Source: Carcharhinus amblyrhynchos (taxonomy: Eukaryota). From it: DNA of 64,000 bases. Both the position numbers and the translations under genes were made by a program. Below are positions 26,854-38,304 of the stretch, in pieces. Numbering within the stretch: the stretch's first letter is position 1; each line of letters starts with the position of its first letter. The stretch lies in contig OZ336882.1 of the NCBI GenBank assembly GCA_965287045.1, positions 19,840,001 to 19,904,000 on the forward strand, written 5' to 3'. The notes beneath the pieces were generated by a model. It was not told the origin of the DNA, made no database searches, and worked only from the letters and a program-made list of their open reading frames with translations.

Positions 26854-27224
26854 TTGATTTGATTTATTATTGTCACATGTATTAGTATACAGTGAAATGT
26901 ATTGTTTCTTGCCAGGTTTATGGACACAGCGTACTGTTCTTAGAGAAGGAAACACGAGAGTGCAGAATGTAGTATTACAGGCATAGCTACAGTGTAGAGA
27001 AAGATCAACTAAATGCAAGGTAAGTCCATTCAAAGGATGGCAGCAGGGAAGAAGCTGTTCTTGAGTTGGTTGGTACATGACCTCAGACTTTTGTATCTTT
27101 TTCCTGACACAAGAAGGTGGAAGAGAGAAAATTCGGGATGCATTGGGTCCTTGATTATGCTGGCGGCTTTGCCGAGGCAACAGGAAATGTAGACAGTCAA
27201 TGGATGGGAAGCTGGTTTGTGCAA
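26854..27224 (-). mobile_element. Rex1/Babar-type LINE 3' fragment
   Basis: CLGKAASIIKDPMHP...SGKRYKSLRSCTNQLKNSFFPAAI plus (ATCAA)n tail. Confidence 0.9.
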
Positions 27225-27464
27225 TGTGGAAATATTAAGGATTTAAATATGATTGTTGATCGCATGATTTCATGATCGTTGATCTCATGTAAATATGGGA
27301 CACCCACTTGTCAGAAGGATTGGATAAAATCTGTAAACAGCAGTAGCAATGGTAGATAAATTCAGTGTGAACAGTTGCAATGTAATGTACATTAAGCAGG
27401 AAATATTAGCATGGAATATGCAACATTGAAGGCACAGCATTGGTAAAGGCAAAAAGGCATCCTC

Positions 27465-27730
27465 AGTTTCGAAGAAGGGTGATATTGGATTCGAAATGTT
27501 GAGCTGAATTTTACCGGCACACACACCCGGATTTCGTTTGATCCCGCCGGAGGCCAACGGAGAATGCTGTTTTCTGAGCCTCGTCTGCCCCTGGAATCGG
27601 GACAGGCATGCCGGAAAAATTATAGCCATTAACTCTGATTGTTTCTCCACAGATACTATCAGACCCTGCTGAATTTTTCCGGCATGTTCCATTTGTATTT
27701 CAGATGTCCAGCATCTGCATTTTCTTGTTT
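27465..27730 (+). mobile_element. Penelope-like terminal fragment interrupted by a palindromic MITE (about 27502-27627)
   Basis: gaagaagggtgatattggattcgaaatgtt, then MITE gctgaattttaccggca...tgccggaaaaattatagcc, then ttaactctg...ctccacagatact. Confidence 0.65.
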
Positions 27731-29077
27731 TCTTCACTATACCATACTCTGACAATATGAAGAGAGATTTTCCTCCCTCCTTGGAATGGTTTACAGTATC
27801 AAATGTCTGTTGAATGTCAATATCAATGGTTTGGTACCCCAAACAAATGGAAAGAAATTCGTTCTTTACAAATCAATTCCGAAGGGGCTGGATTTCCATC
27901 CTAGAGATTGTTAGCAGGAGTTGGGAAATTTCCCAGCTCTACTTTTCTGCCGTGAATGAAATGTGAACACGGGATTTCTGTTTCAGCAGTGGATAACAGG
28001 AGCTGGGCCCACTACTCGTAGAATGAGTTTGGAGACAGCCAAAAGGCCTGCCCTATGCCAAGCTGGTGTCTTTAAAAGATCAGTCTCAGTACTCTAGGAC
28101 ATCATCCCTATTGTAACAATGACAGAAAAACAACATCCCTCTAACCCTCACCTCTCATATCCCCTCCCTCACTTTCTACTTTTTTAACAGAAACTAGAGG
28201 TCTAGAAAAGTTTCATTAGTCATGACCCTCCAAAATATCAATAGCAGAGTCTGTCAGCATTTGACACCTCTTTATCTTGTATGCATAAACATGGTGCAGT
28301 TGACTGAGTAGTGCAAGAATTCACAATCAAGCAATGGGGTGCAGCTGCTTTAACAGACTAATGGATGGCTGGGTGTCCAGCCAATCCTCAGTGTGCATTC
28401 TTGGCTGAGAGCCTAGAGATCTATTAAAATGTTGAAACAGCTCTGCCCTGGAGGAAATTTTATTTGATTGACAGCGCTTCCTCTTTGTTCTGTTCTGTCA
28501 ATTGTACAATATTTTGTACAGTGAAAAGAGGAATCAAATGCTTGCATTTCTCCTGTTGATATTTAAAGAGTCTGATTGGCATTTGTATAAAGAAACAGTT
28601 TTCTTTTAAGAAAGTGATGAATGAATTACTATTTTTTGAAGGTTTGTCACTCGTCCTATTGTTAGTATAGGATTTCTCAATTATATGGAAAGTGTATAAC
28701 ATATAATTAGGCATTCAAGTGATATGAAAGGTACGGGGGTCCTTTGGTGGTGGAGGGTGGTGAAATTGCTTGGCATAGAGGATGAGAGACTAAGGATGTT
28801 GAGGGGGCATAGCTTGGCATGGGGGACATGTGCAATATCTTTTTAACTTATTGTTCAAAAGGTTTCCTGATCCAGATGATGGTTAATTCACAGGTTTTAA
28901 GTCGGTCAGCCTTGTTGCCCAACGAGGGGCATACACGCGATGGGTCGTACTTGGGCTGCTCTTGAATGTTCGAGAGTGGCCTAGTGCTTCATGTCGTTAG
29001 TGTGTGCTTAAACTGGACCAGATGCTGGGCAACACGACAGCTCAGTGACTATCACTGTTTGCTGTGCAGACACATGG

Positions 29078-29345
29078 ATTTGGGCCAGTGTCTGTGGGAG
29101 TTTGCGCATTCTCCCTGTGCTTGCGTGGGTTTTCTCCGGGTGCTCCGGTTTCCTCCCACACCCCAAAGATGTGCTGTTAGGCTGATTGGAGGTAATAAAT
29201 TGTTCCTAAATTAGTTTCCCTCAATGTGGATGGCCATAAAACAATAGATAAGGGTCATGGATGGAGGGGGGGACTGGTAATGTTAAAATGGCGGCGCGGG
29301 CTCGTTGGGCTGAAGGGCCTGTTTCCTGGGCTGTTTTTATTCTCT
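29078..29345 (+). mobile_element. 5'-truncated V-SINE-core SINE with CR1-like tail
   Basis: Shared core present; tail gggctcgttgggctgaagggcctgtttcc. Confidence 0.75.
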
Positions 29346-29544
29346 GTTCACAACACCTCTCAAAGGCCGAGAACCTCAAGTTGTTTAAAATCTGGCCTGA
29401 GTCTATAAAAAATTTTAGGGTACCAGGGTGCACCTATAATAACTACAGAGCCAGCCAGGTCAGGAGTGCAGGATGTAGGCTTGTGACCAGCATTAACCCA
29501 CAACCTTAACCCACACTGGTGAAAGCTGGGGGTCATGATGTGGA

Positions 29545-29856
29545 GATGCTGGCATTGGACTGGGGTAAACACAGTAAGAAGTCTCTCAACACCAGTTCAA
29601 AGTCCAACAGGTTTATTTTGTAGCAAATCCACTACCTTTGGAGCGCTGCCCCCTTGTCACCTTTAAGACGTGATTATCTGTAAAGACTCACATTCCAACC
29701 TTTATTCTGTAAACAGAGTTTGTGTCTTTATATGCCCTGCTTGTGAATAGAACTCCCACTCACCTGACGAAGGGGCAGCGCTCTGAAAGCTAGTGGCTTT
29801 TGCTACCAAATCAACCTGTTGGACTTTAACCTGGTGTCGTGAGACTTCTTACTGTG
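29545..29856. mobile_element. Penelope-like fold-back unit with inverted terminal arms
   Basis: 29570-29660 is the reverse complement of about 29764-29856; the right arm carries a hammerhead core. Confidence 0.8.
29761..29796 (+). ncRNA. Minimal type I hammerhead ribozyme motif
   Basis: CAC-CTGACGA-A-GGGGC-AGC-GCTCT-GAAAGCTA-GTG: stem I CAC/GTG, core CUGANGA and GAAA, stem II with two G-U pairs, palindromic AGCT stem III, UA cleavage site. Confidence 0.6.
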
Positions 29857-31103
29857 AAAACTGGAGGCACAGGGAATGGGATCAGGAATGTTGATCCCTG
29901 TCACCACGTTTACATCTCCACGGAGTCTCCCCATCTCCTTGAAAATCCAGCCCCAAGTGTCAATCCACAACTTTACAAATGTTCACTAATTGGATTCCAG
30001 ATTGGATTTGATTCCAGTGGTTAATTCACAAGTGAGAATAAAGGGTCTGTAACTTCATTTCGAAGAATGGGTGCCAACATTTTAAATGCAATTGTTATTA
30101 CTCCCATTTCTTTTAAAAGGGTTGTTCTGATGTGTAGTACCATTAATAACAAGACCTATAATGGGCCTGCTTATGGGTGTTCATTTGGCCACAGGGGAAA
30201 AAAAACAGCTTTCCTTTTGTTATCTTAGTTTGATTTCTCTCAATTTATTTTGCCAATTGTCAGAGTCAAGTGTTGCAATTGCCTTCCAGTGCACCCTGTA
30301 AGAATTGTTCCTAATATTAAAAATTACTTGTGGAACACAAATTTTCCAGATGGGGTCCACAAAATAAGGCAGCCACTGTACATTTGGCACCTTCTGTTAT
30401 TCACAGCTAACTGTCACACTCTAGGGTATGTGGGATTGCATGGGCTCTCTCTCTCTCTCTCTCCCTCTCTCCTCCATTGTGCTGCATCGTCATCATTTGC
30501 TGTGGCTACCATGATGAGGCAGGAAGGATTTTGACCTGTGTGTGTGTGCTGCCGATGGCAGAATCGCACACCCAGATCCCCAAACAGCTGTGTCTGGTGA
30601 TCTTCCAGGTGGTAGGAATTCCTGCAGGAATGGTGAGGACAAGCTCCTTAGCCTGATAAGTAAATTTACATGTAATTTTGGAAATCGTTTTTTTTTTGAA
30701 GCATATGGTAAAGGTTTGTACCTTTCGAGGGATGCAATACATAATTCATGTTACTATTAACTACTTGTGTGCACTGAACTTCAGTGTATGCTTGCTTGAA
30801 GTAACTGTCAGATTCATCGGCTGAAAAAGGTACATCATTTGCCCACTTGGTTTAATGTAGCCTTTATGTGCGCTAAAAATAATCAGCATTTTAGTATGCA
30901 TTGTACAGTATTTACTGAGCTGAGACTGGTAGCTACATGATGGATTCCAGCCAGGCAATACCTTACTTACACTGCCAGCCAGGATAGAGCTCAGTGCCTG
31001 CATCTTTATATACATGATCAGAGCTCTTTGTAATCATTACATGAAAATACTTTGAAAGTTTGTAAGAGTATCCAGGGGATTCGTGTAATTGACCCAAGAT
31101 AGC

Positions 31104-31205
31104 CTGATGCTGAAGGGTCATCCAGACTTGAAATGTTGGCTCTTTTCTCTCTCTCTGCAAATGCTGTTAGACCTGCTGAGATTTTCCAGCATTTTCCGTT
31201 TTTGA
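31104..31205 (+). mobile_element. Penelope-like terminal fragment
   Basis: ctgatg(ctg)aagggtcatccagacttgaaatgtt...gacctgctgagattttccagcatttt. Confidence 0.6.
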
Positions 31206-31246
31206 TGCTTTAAACCCTGATTTGATACTGTGCTGGGGTTAGATCC

Positions 31247-31514
31247 ATAGAATCATAGAATCCCTACAGTTTAGAAGGAGGCCATTGGGCCCATCGAGTC
31301 TGCATCGACTCTCCAACAGAGCATCTCACCAAGGCCCACGTCCACTGCCCTATCTTCTGTATCCCCACGTATTTAGCCTGCAAATCTCCCTAATCATAGA
31401 CATTTTGAGACACTAAGAAGCAATTTAGCATGGCCAATCCATCTAACATTCACTTCTTCGGACTGTGGGAGGAAACCAGATCACTTGGAGGAAACCTACG
31501 CAGACACGGGGAGA
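31247..31514 (-). mobile_element. HE1-like SINE, tail type A, 5'-truncated
   Basis: catagaatcatagaatccctacagt..agaaggaggccatt is the antisense tail A; core present. Confidence 0.88.
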
Positions 31515-31849
31515 CTAAAGGCAACGGCAATGGAAGATATCTCTTCCAGTCACTCCCCTGATTTTCTTAGTAGCAATTTTAGATTGATAACCCAATTCAT
31601 CATTGGCTCCCCAAGCAAGGGAAATGGTTTTCCACTGTTCATTCTTATCAACTCCTCTCACAACTTATAACATATCCTTATGGCTACAGTTTCCCACGTT
31701 CGCCATCGTCCTGGTGAATCTATTCTGTGTGCTTTTAGTGGCTCTAAGTTGCAGTACCTGCCTCAACAACCGTCTGAAAAAACTCTGTCACCAAATATTG
31801 ATTTTCCTAATCCTATTGCCCTTAACTTACCAAGTGTGTGGCACAGGAA

Positions 31850-32270
31850 GCTTTCAAGAGAATACCAGCCTTTATTATTCAAGCAAACGCCAAACTCCAG
31901 AAACATCCTTTACAAGACCTCACATAATTTCAATGTCAGTAACTGCATCATGGTTCTGTCTCTTTTCTATAAGTTTTGCCATCAGGGAGGCAACAGGCCT
32001 TTCAGGACTCCCAGCAAAAAGTGTTATCTTTTCCCCTGACTAAAGAATCTCCCATTACCATCACACTCTTATTTTTATAATCTCCCTGCCTCTCACCAAT
32101 CCTTGCTCGATGATACAAAATGTTGCTCACAAACACTTTGGTGTCACTGTTACTATCCACCCCATATTTTCTAACTATGTTTAACTGTTGAAGAATTCCA
32201 ATGACTCTCTCTCTCTCTCTGCTGTTCCGAATGCCCCTACTCTTTCGGAGCACAGAGATCCACTGGTCCA
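31850..32270 (-). mobile_element. Decayed CR1 ORF1 (SGNH/GDSL esterase) fragment
   Basis: Minus-strand translation SVMVMGDSLVRGKDNTFC matches the GDS(L/I)VRG block of CR1 ORF1p. Confidence 0.6.
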
Positions 32271-33324
32271 AAGACTCAAGATTTTCTGATGTTTAGTTCC
32301 AATGTGCTGCCCCACTTAAAGTGAAGATCAACAATGACCCATTTAATAACATTGCACACAGAATCACTCTCTGCCTATTGGCTTCACCGTATTAATTATT
32401 TCAACTTCTCCTCGATTTTGAAGATTCTCTCAGCTTGAACCCCCGCTGAGGCTAAATGCCACATTCTCCTGGCCTCTCACAGCTCGTGGCCTTAGGCATT
32501 TTGCTTCAGCTGTAACTGCGCTGGATGGCTGCAGCTGTATGTGGTTAACAGCAGAGAGCTCCCACAGCTGGCACAGTAAGAACGGTGTATGGTTGGAGAT
32601 GCAGTGAGTTATTTCCCATTTTGAAATTTCCCCAGTGGATTTAGTGCAATTGATGGACTGGACAATTTTGTTTTCAAGTCTTCATGATAAAAGGCAGCCT
32701 TTGTTTTGTTTTAAACAGTATTTGGTCAACCTGGTTTTTGTACAGCATTTGTGCCCCGTTGGATCATGTGGGCTCAATTTATTGGTCAGGTCATAAGTCC
32801 AAAGGCAAACAATTCGCAGGTAGCCTCTCGACCCTTCATCCAACTAGGAGTGAGTGGTGGATTGAGGAGAATAGAGAGCCAGTCAATTCATCAAGCAATA
32901 AAAAACAGAAAATGCGATAGATACTCAGAACGTCTGACAACATCAATGGGGAGAGTAACATAGGGTGGGATTTTCCAGCTCTGCCCACTGCCAGGGTTGT
33001 CCAGAACCGCTGACTTTTGGCTTAGCCCCCAACCTCCTCAGGCCACAATGGGGGCTCGAAACCACGCCCCAGCTGAAATTAATGTTTCAGGTGATGCACA
33101 TTTCTGCAGCTCGCAAGCTGTCTTCACAGTGGCTGGAGCGTCAGGGTGCTGCTGAAGGGAAAGAGGTAGGAGCAAAATGGCTGCAAGAGAAGACTGAGGG
33201 ATCCGGCACCCACTCCAAACATGATCCCCAGGAGCTGCTCCTGTTGTGCCAGTCCTCTGCTTGTGGATGCCTTTCAGCTATCGCTTGCACCATTAACAGT
33301 GAGATTGCACTTTGTAGATTAATC

Positions 33325-33592
33325 CCACCCAGGCCCTGTGCTCGTAACCCCACATATTTGCCCTCCTAATCCCCCTGACACTAAGGGGCAATTTAGCATG
33401 ACCAATCCACCTGCACATCCAATCCTAACCTGCACACCTTTGTACCGTGGGAGGAAACTGGAGCAGCCAGAGGAAACCCACACAGACACAGAGAGAGAAT
33501 GTGCAAACTCCACACAGACAGTGATCAGAGGCCAGAATTGAACCTGGGTTCCTGGAGCTGTGAAGCAGCAGTGCTAACCACTGTGCCACCCA
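33325..33592 (-). mobile_element. HE1-like SINE
   Basis: Antisense head gcagcagtgctaaccactgtgccacc, shared core, partial tail A. Confidence 0.9.
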
Positions 33593-33802
33593 TTTTCATG
33601 CCACTCCACAGCCGCCTTTTCTGTGTAGCTGAGGTTTTGACACAGCGTGGGCCTGATGCAACACTATCAAAATTGCATTGCCCCTGGAAAATTGACAAGC
33701 TTAACTGCCTTCTCTCCACTGTTGGACAGGTTGCCATCATGGGACAAAAGTTATCTCCAGGAACTGTGGCAGGAGAAAGGAACGTATGTGGGAATCAACA
33801 CA

Positions 33803-34150
33803 ACACAATGGCACAGTGGTTAGCGCTGCTGCCTTACAGCGCCAGGGACCCGAGTTCAATTCCAGCCTTGGGTGACTGTGGAGTCTGCACCTTCTCCCTG
33901 TGTTTGTATGGATTTCCTCCGGTTGCTCCAGTTTCCTCCCACAGTCCAAAGTTGTGAGGGTTAGGTGAATTGCCCATGCTAAATTGTCCCTGAGTATCCC
34001 ATGATGTGTAGGTTAGGGGGATTAGCGGGGTAAATATGTGGGGTTATGGAATTAGGACGGGGGGGGGGGGTGGGCCTGGGTAAAAATAAGTCGGTATAGA
34101 CTCGATGGACCGAATGGCCTCTTCCACATGCAGAGATTCTATGATTCTAC
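33803..34150 (+). mobile_element. HE1-like SINE, tail type A
   Basis: A and B boxes, shared core, attctatgattct tail. Confidence 0.9.
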
Positions 34151-34344
34151 GATCATAACTTTCCATCTCTTCCCTGTCCCAGCCACCTCCAGCTCCACAT
34201 TCGAGTATCTGGTAAAACTCCCCACTGTGATTCAAAGGCAGAATTTATATAAATGTATATCATTGAGTCTTAATGAGCAATGAAATTAAAATGTAACTTT
34301 TGTTCCTGCTGGTGATCATTAAACTTTTCTATTGTTGTTATTTA

Positions 34345-34520
34345 CTAGAATGACTGGCAAGGCTGGCACTTACTGTCCATATCTATTGATGCAATTGAGT
34401 AACTTGCTTGCTCGTACCAGGGGGCCATTAAAATTAACCACACTGTCATGGGACTAGACTCAAATTTAGACTGGATTGGGTAAAGAAAGTGGGATTCCGT
34501 CCCTTAAGGACATTGTGCGC
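34345..34520 (-). mobile_element. Old copy of the second SINE family (see 36830 and 58365)
   Basis: ggctggcacttactgtccat...ttaaccacact...tcccttaaggacatt aligns by eye to the other two copies. Confidence 0.55.
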
Positions 34521-36136
34521 TTTATTGGAATATCCTGCCTGGACTAAACCACAACTGCAAAAGTCCTTTCAGAGGCAGAGCTCCCAACTGTGTTGACATT
34601 AATCAAACAGAGCGGGTTTTGGTGGCTTGGGTATGTCCACACGACGTAAGGTGGTCGCATAGCCAAGGACTGTTTGTATGGTGAGGTAGCCGAAGCCAGC
34701 TGAATGGTGAGGCACCCAAGCTTCTGCTTCCAGGCTGTTTGTAAGCGTGACGTGAAGGCCTTAAACATTGACTTGTCAGATCTGTGAGTCACTGGCTGGC
34801 GAAAGAGGGAAATATCAACACCTCCTGCACTACACCGATGACCAGTAGCAATAGCAGCTTGGCAAGAGACGCCAATGCCAAAAACACAACCTGCAACATC
34901 ATTTGGTGGCTATATGTGCGGTTTTAATGTCAGAATGTGCTTGTCAAGAAATTGACCTTGGGAGCGATCATTGCCGGTGTATCAAATTAAGGCACCACAT
35001 CTAAACGGATTGTTTGTTGCAAGTCAGTCATCTCTCGTAGACGTACCAAAGCACTTGTATCCTTTTTTCCCGATAGGCGTGATAAAAGGTTGGATCTTAG
35101 TCAGCGAGGTTGAAGAAGTTGCTGGACTTTTTTAGCTCTGAAGGGGTGGAAGGATTTCACTGTGAGTCTGTAATCCATTTCCTATCACGAGGGTCTGAGA
35201 GAGAATGCAAACCTGTCAAATCTCAATCGCGTACATGTACATCAATGTTGCCTTTATAAACAAGCAGCCCTTTTCTGGGCCCTGCTGCATATTTGAAAAG
35301 AAATTGATACCTCTATTCATTTCTTTGGGCTTGCAACTATGTCACTGTCACTTTCAAAAACCTCTTTGTTTTCAGTAGCCTAGTCTTGACAAAGAATGCA
35401 ACCAGCGCTGTTTGTATCAACTCAGGGTACATATATGGTCTAATTAGGTGTGAAAATGACAAGGCTCACTTCAAGTATGATACACATTTTCGCAACGACT
35501 TGGCAGAAGCTTAAATTGTTCTGTGAACCACTCAAAATCAGAGTTGACGCTAGTGCATCTGAATGGACGCAGTACAAGGTCATGTATAACACTGCAGATT
35601 GTGTGTAAATTAATTGATTTTTGGGAGAAAAAAGCACACAGTTCCAGTCAGCTGGTATAGTAAAGAATGAACTTACCTTTCTATAGGTCCTTATCGTTTC
35701 TCTCGTAAATGTCGCAAGCACTTCACAGACAATGAATTACTTTGAATTGCAGCTGCTGTTGTGTAAGGGTAGCTTTACTGAGCATGAAAGTGACATGTTT
35801 AATCCCTGGCTTGCCCTGAGTTAGTTAGTCTTCCCAAGGACATTGATTGAGCTCTGCAATTGGCATTAACACTCCAGATTACAGAAAGGAAAAAAACATT
35901 TTGAGTTCTGTTTTCCTGATTGCAATTTTATAGCTAGTTAGCCAAGGCTCTAACATGCATGGAAACCCATTAACCCATTTAACAAATAAAAATAGTGAAA
36001 ACCAGTCATATATCATGTTTTTGTTTGCCTGATGCTAAGTGCCCATTCTCTCCCCATAAAGATTTGTCCTGTTAGTCTAAACCCAGGAACCAATTAACAA
36101 TATCTAGGATTTGGGGACTATTAGTGTGTGCAAGGT

Positions 36137-36788
36137 TTGAGTTGATTTGATTTATTATTGTCACACGTATTAGCATGCAGTGAAAAGTATTGTTTCTTGC
36201 ACGCTATACAGACGAAACATACCATTCATAGAGAAGGAAACAAGAGAATGCAGAACGTAATATTACAGTCAGAGCTAGGGTGCAGAGAAAAATCAACTTA
36301 ATGCAAGGTAGGTCCATTCAAAAGCCTGACAGCAGCAGGAAAGAAACTGTTCTTGAGTCAGTTGGTACGTGACCTCAGACTTTTACATTTTTTCCTGATA
36401 GAAGAAGGTGGAAGAGCGAATGTCCAGAGTGCATGGGGTTCCTAATTATGCTGGCTGCTTTACCGAAGCAGCAGGAAGTTTAGACAGAGTCAACGGAGGG
36501 GAGGCTGGTTTGCGTGATGGATCGGGCTACATTCACGACCTTTTGTAGTTTCTTGCAGTCTTGAGCAGAGCAGGAACCATGCCAAGCTGTGACATAACCA
36601 GAAAGAATGCTTTCTATGGTGCATCTGTAAAAGTTGGTGTAAGTCGTCGTTGACATACCAAGTTTCCTTCGTCTTCTGAGAAAGTAGAGGAGTTGGTGGA
36701 CTTTCTTAACTATAGTGTCAGCATGTGGGGAGCAGAACAGATTGTTCGTAATCTGGACATCTAAAAACTTGAAGCTCTGGACCCTTTC
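36137..36788 (-). mobile_element. Rex1/Babar-type LINE 3' fragment
   Basis: Longest copy here; antisense RT C-terminus (TNFYRCTIESILSG) plus 3' UTR. Confidence 0.9.
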
Positions 36789-36829
36789 TAAGGGTTTAAC
36801 CTGTTGAAGCCAGGCAGCTTACCCACTCA

Positions 36830-37175
36830 CTTTTTATTATTCACTTGTGAAACATGGGCCTCAGTGGCTGGCTAGCAATTATTGCCCATCCCTAGTTGCC
36901 CTTGTTCAGAGGGCAGTTGAGAATCAACCACATTACATGTGGGCCAGACCAGGTAAGAAGGGCAGATTTCCTTTCTTAAAGGACTACTTAGTGAACCAGA
37001 TGATTTTTTTTTCTGACAATGAACAATGATTTCATGGTCATCAGTAGATTCTGAATTCCAGATTTTTTTTGAATTTGAATTTCACATCTGCTGTGATTGA
37101 TTTGAACCCAGGTCTCCAGAACGTTAGCTGAGTTTCTGGATTAGCTGTCTAGCGATAATATCACTAGACCATTGT
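36830..37175 (-). mobile_element. tRNA-derived SINE, second family, with LINE-derived tail
   Basis: Antisense B-box (tttgaaccca); tail gggcaactagggatgggcaataa is shared with LINE ends at 38305 and 41635; homologous to 58365-58715. Confidence 0.75.
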
Positions 37176-37199
37176 TTCTCTCCATATTGGTTAGCAGAC

Positions 37200-37290
37200 T
37201 CTGTTTCTCTCATCAGATGCTGCCAGATCTCTTGAGGTTTTCTAGTATTTTCTGTTTTTGTTTCATATTCCAACATCTGCAATATTTTAT
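37200..37290 (+). mobile_element. Penelope-like terminal fragment
   Basis: ctctgtttctct..cagatgctgccagatct..tgag.ttttctagtattttctgttttt. Confidence 0.55.
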
Positions 37291-37599
37291 CAGATACTGG
37301 TCAGATTTTTCCTGCTCTCCCCGGTAGGTCCACTCTACCCAGTTAAAGTGGTCACTTTTGGAGTTTACTGGAATGACGCAGAAAGAATCTAAGTTGTAGT
37401 GGCAAACCAAATGTCGAACATTCTGCTCAGCCTCCTTCTGAGGCACCTGCCAACATAGGTGTCAGTCTCAAGCCAGTTTGGTTTACTTCACATGACACTA
37501 AGAAGCTACAATGTGTCCATTGGATATAATGCAGGTTAATGGCCCTGATAACATCCCAGCTGTAGTTCTGAAGATCTGTGCATCACAACAAGCCAGTCC

Positions 37600-38300
37600 C
37601 CTAGCCAAGTTCTTACAGTGCAGCTATAACACTGGTATCCAACTGTGAACATGGATAATTGCCCAAGTAGGTTTGGTGCCAAAAAAACAGAATGAATCTT
37701 ACTTAGCTACTTGTTACTCAATTAACCTGCACCCAATCACCAGTAAAATGATGGTAGAAGTCATCAATAGTGACATCCAGCACTCCCACTCATCCAAATC
37801 CTACTCAGTTTGCGGTTGTCATCCTTCTCAGATTCTGCCAGATCCATTCAGCTAGAGACCTTGCCGCAACTTTAATCCAGACATGAGCTGAATGCCAGAA
37901 GACAGGTGAAAATTGCTGCCTGCAACATTAAGACAGCATTGAATTAAGATTTTGAACAAAGGATGCGAACAAAATTGAAATCAGTAAGAGTCAAGTAATG
38001 ACCATCATCAATTGGCAAAGGGCCAAATACCACCCATCCCTCCTCCTTACTCTTCAACTGCATTGCAGTCATGAGTCCCCAATCTTCAACCTCCTGAGGG
38101 TTCGCAACAGCTAGCGCTCACTTGAATAGGTCCAGTTGTCGTGATATTTTGGAAGCTTGTGTCATGGGAAAAAACAATCCACTCGAGCAGCACATCTACA
38201 CAGGATTCGATATCCACCTCTCCACCACTGTCATAATGCAGATGCAGTTTGTCCATTCAAGATGCACTGCAGACAATTCCCAAGCTTACTTTGACCTCTG
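37600..38300 (+). mobile_element. Highly decayed CR1/L2-group LINE RT fragments
   Basis: tggataattgcccaagta...ccaaaaaaacag...cagtaaaatgatgg resembles the WKxAxVxPxxKK...SKxME RT block. Confidence 0.45.
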
Positions 38301-38304
38301 ATCC

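Noticed and set aside
27285-27842. 185-aa minus-strand ORF
   Set aside because: Runs through a Penelope-like fragment and a MITE; chance ORF
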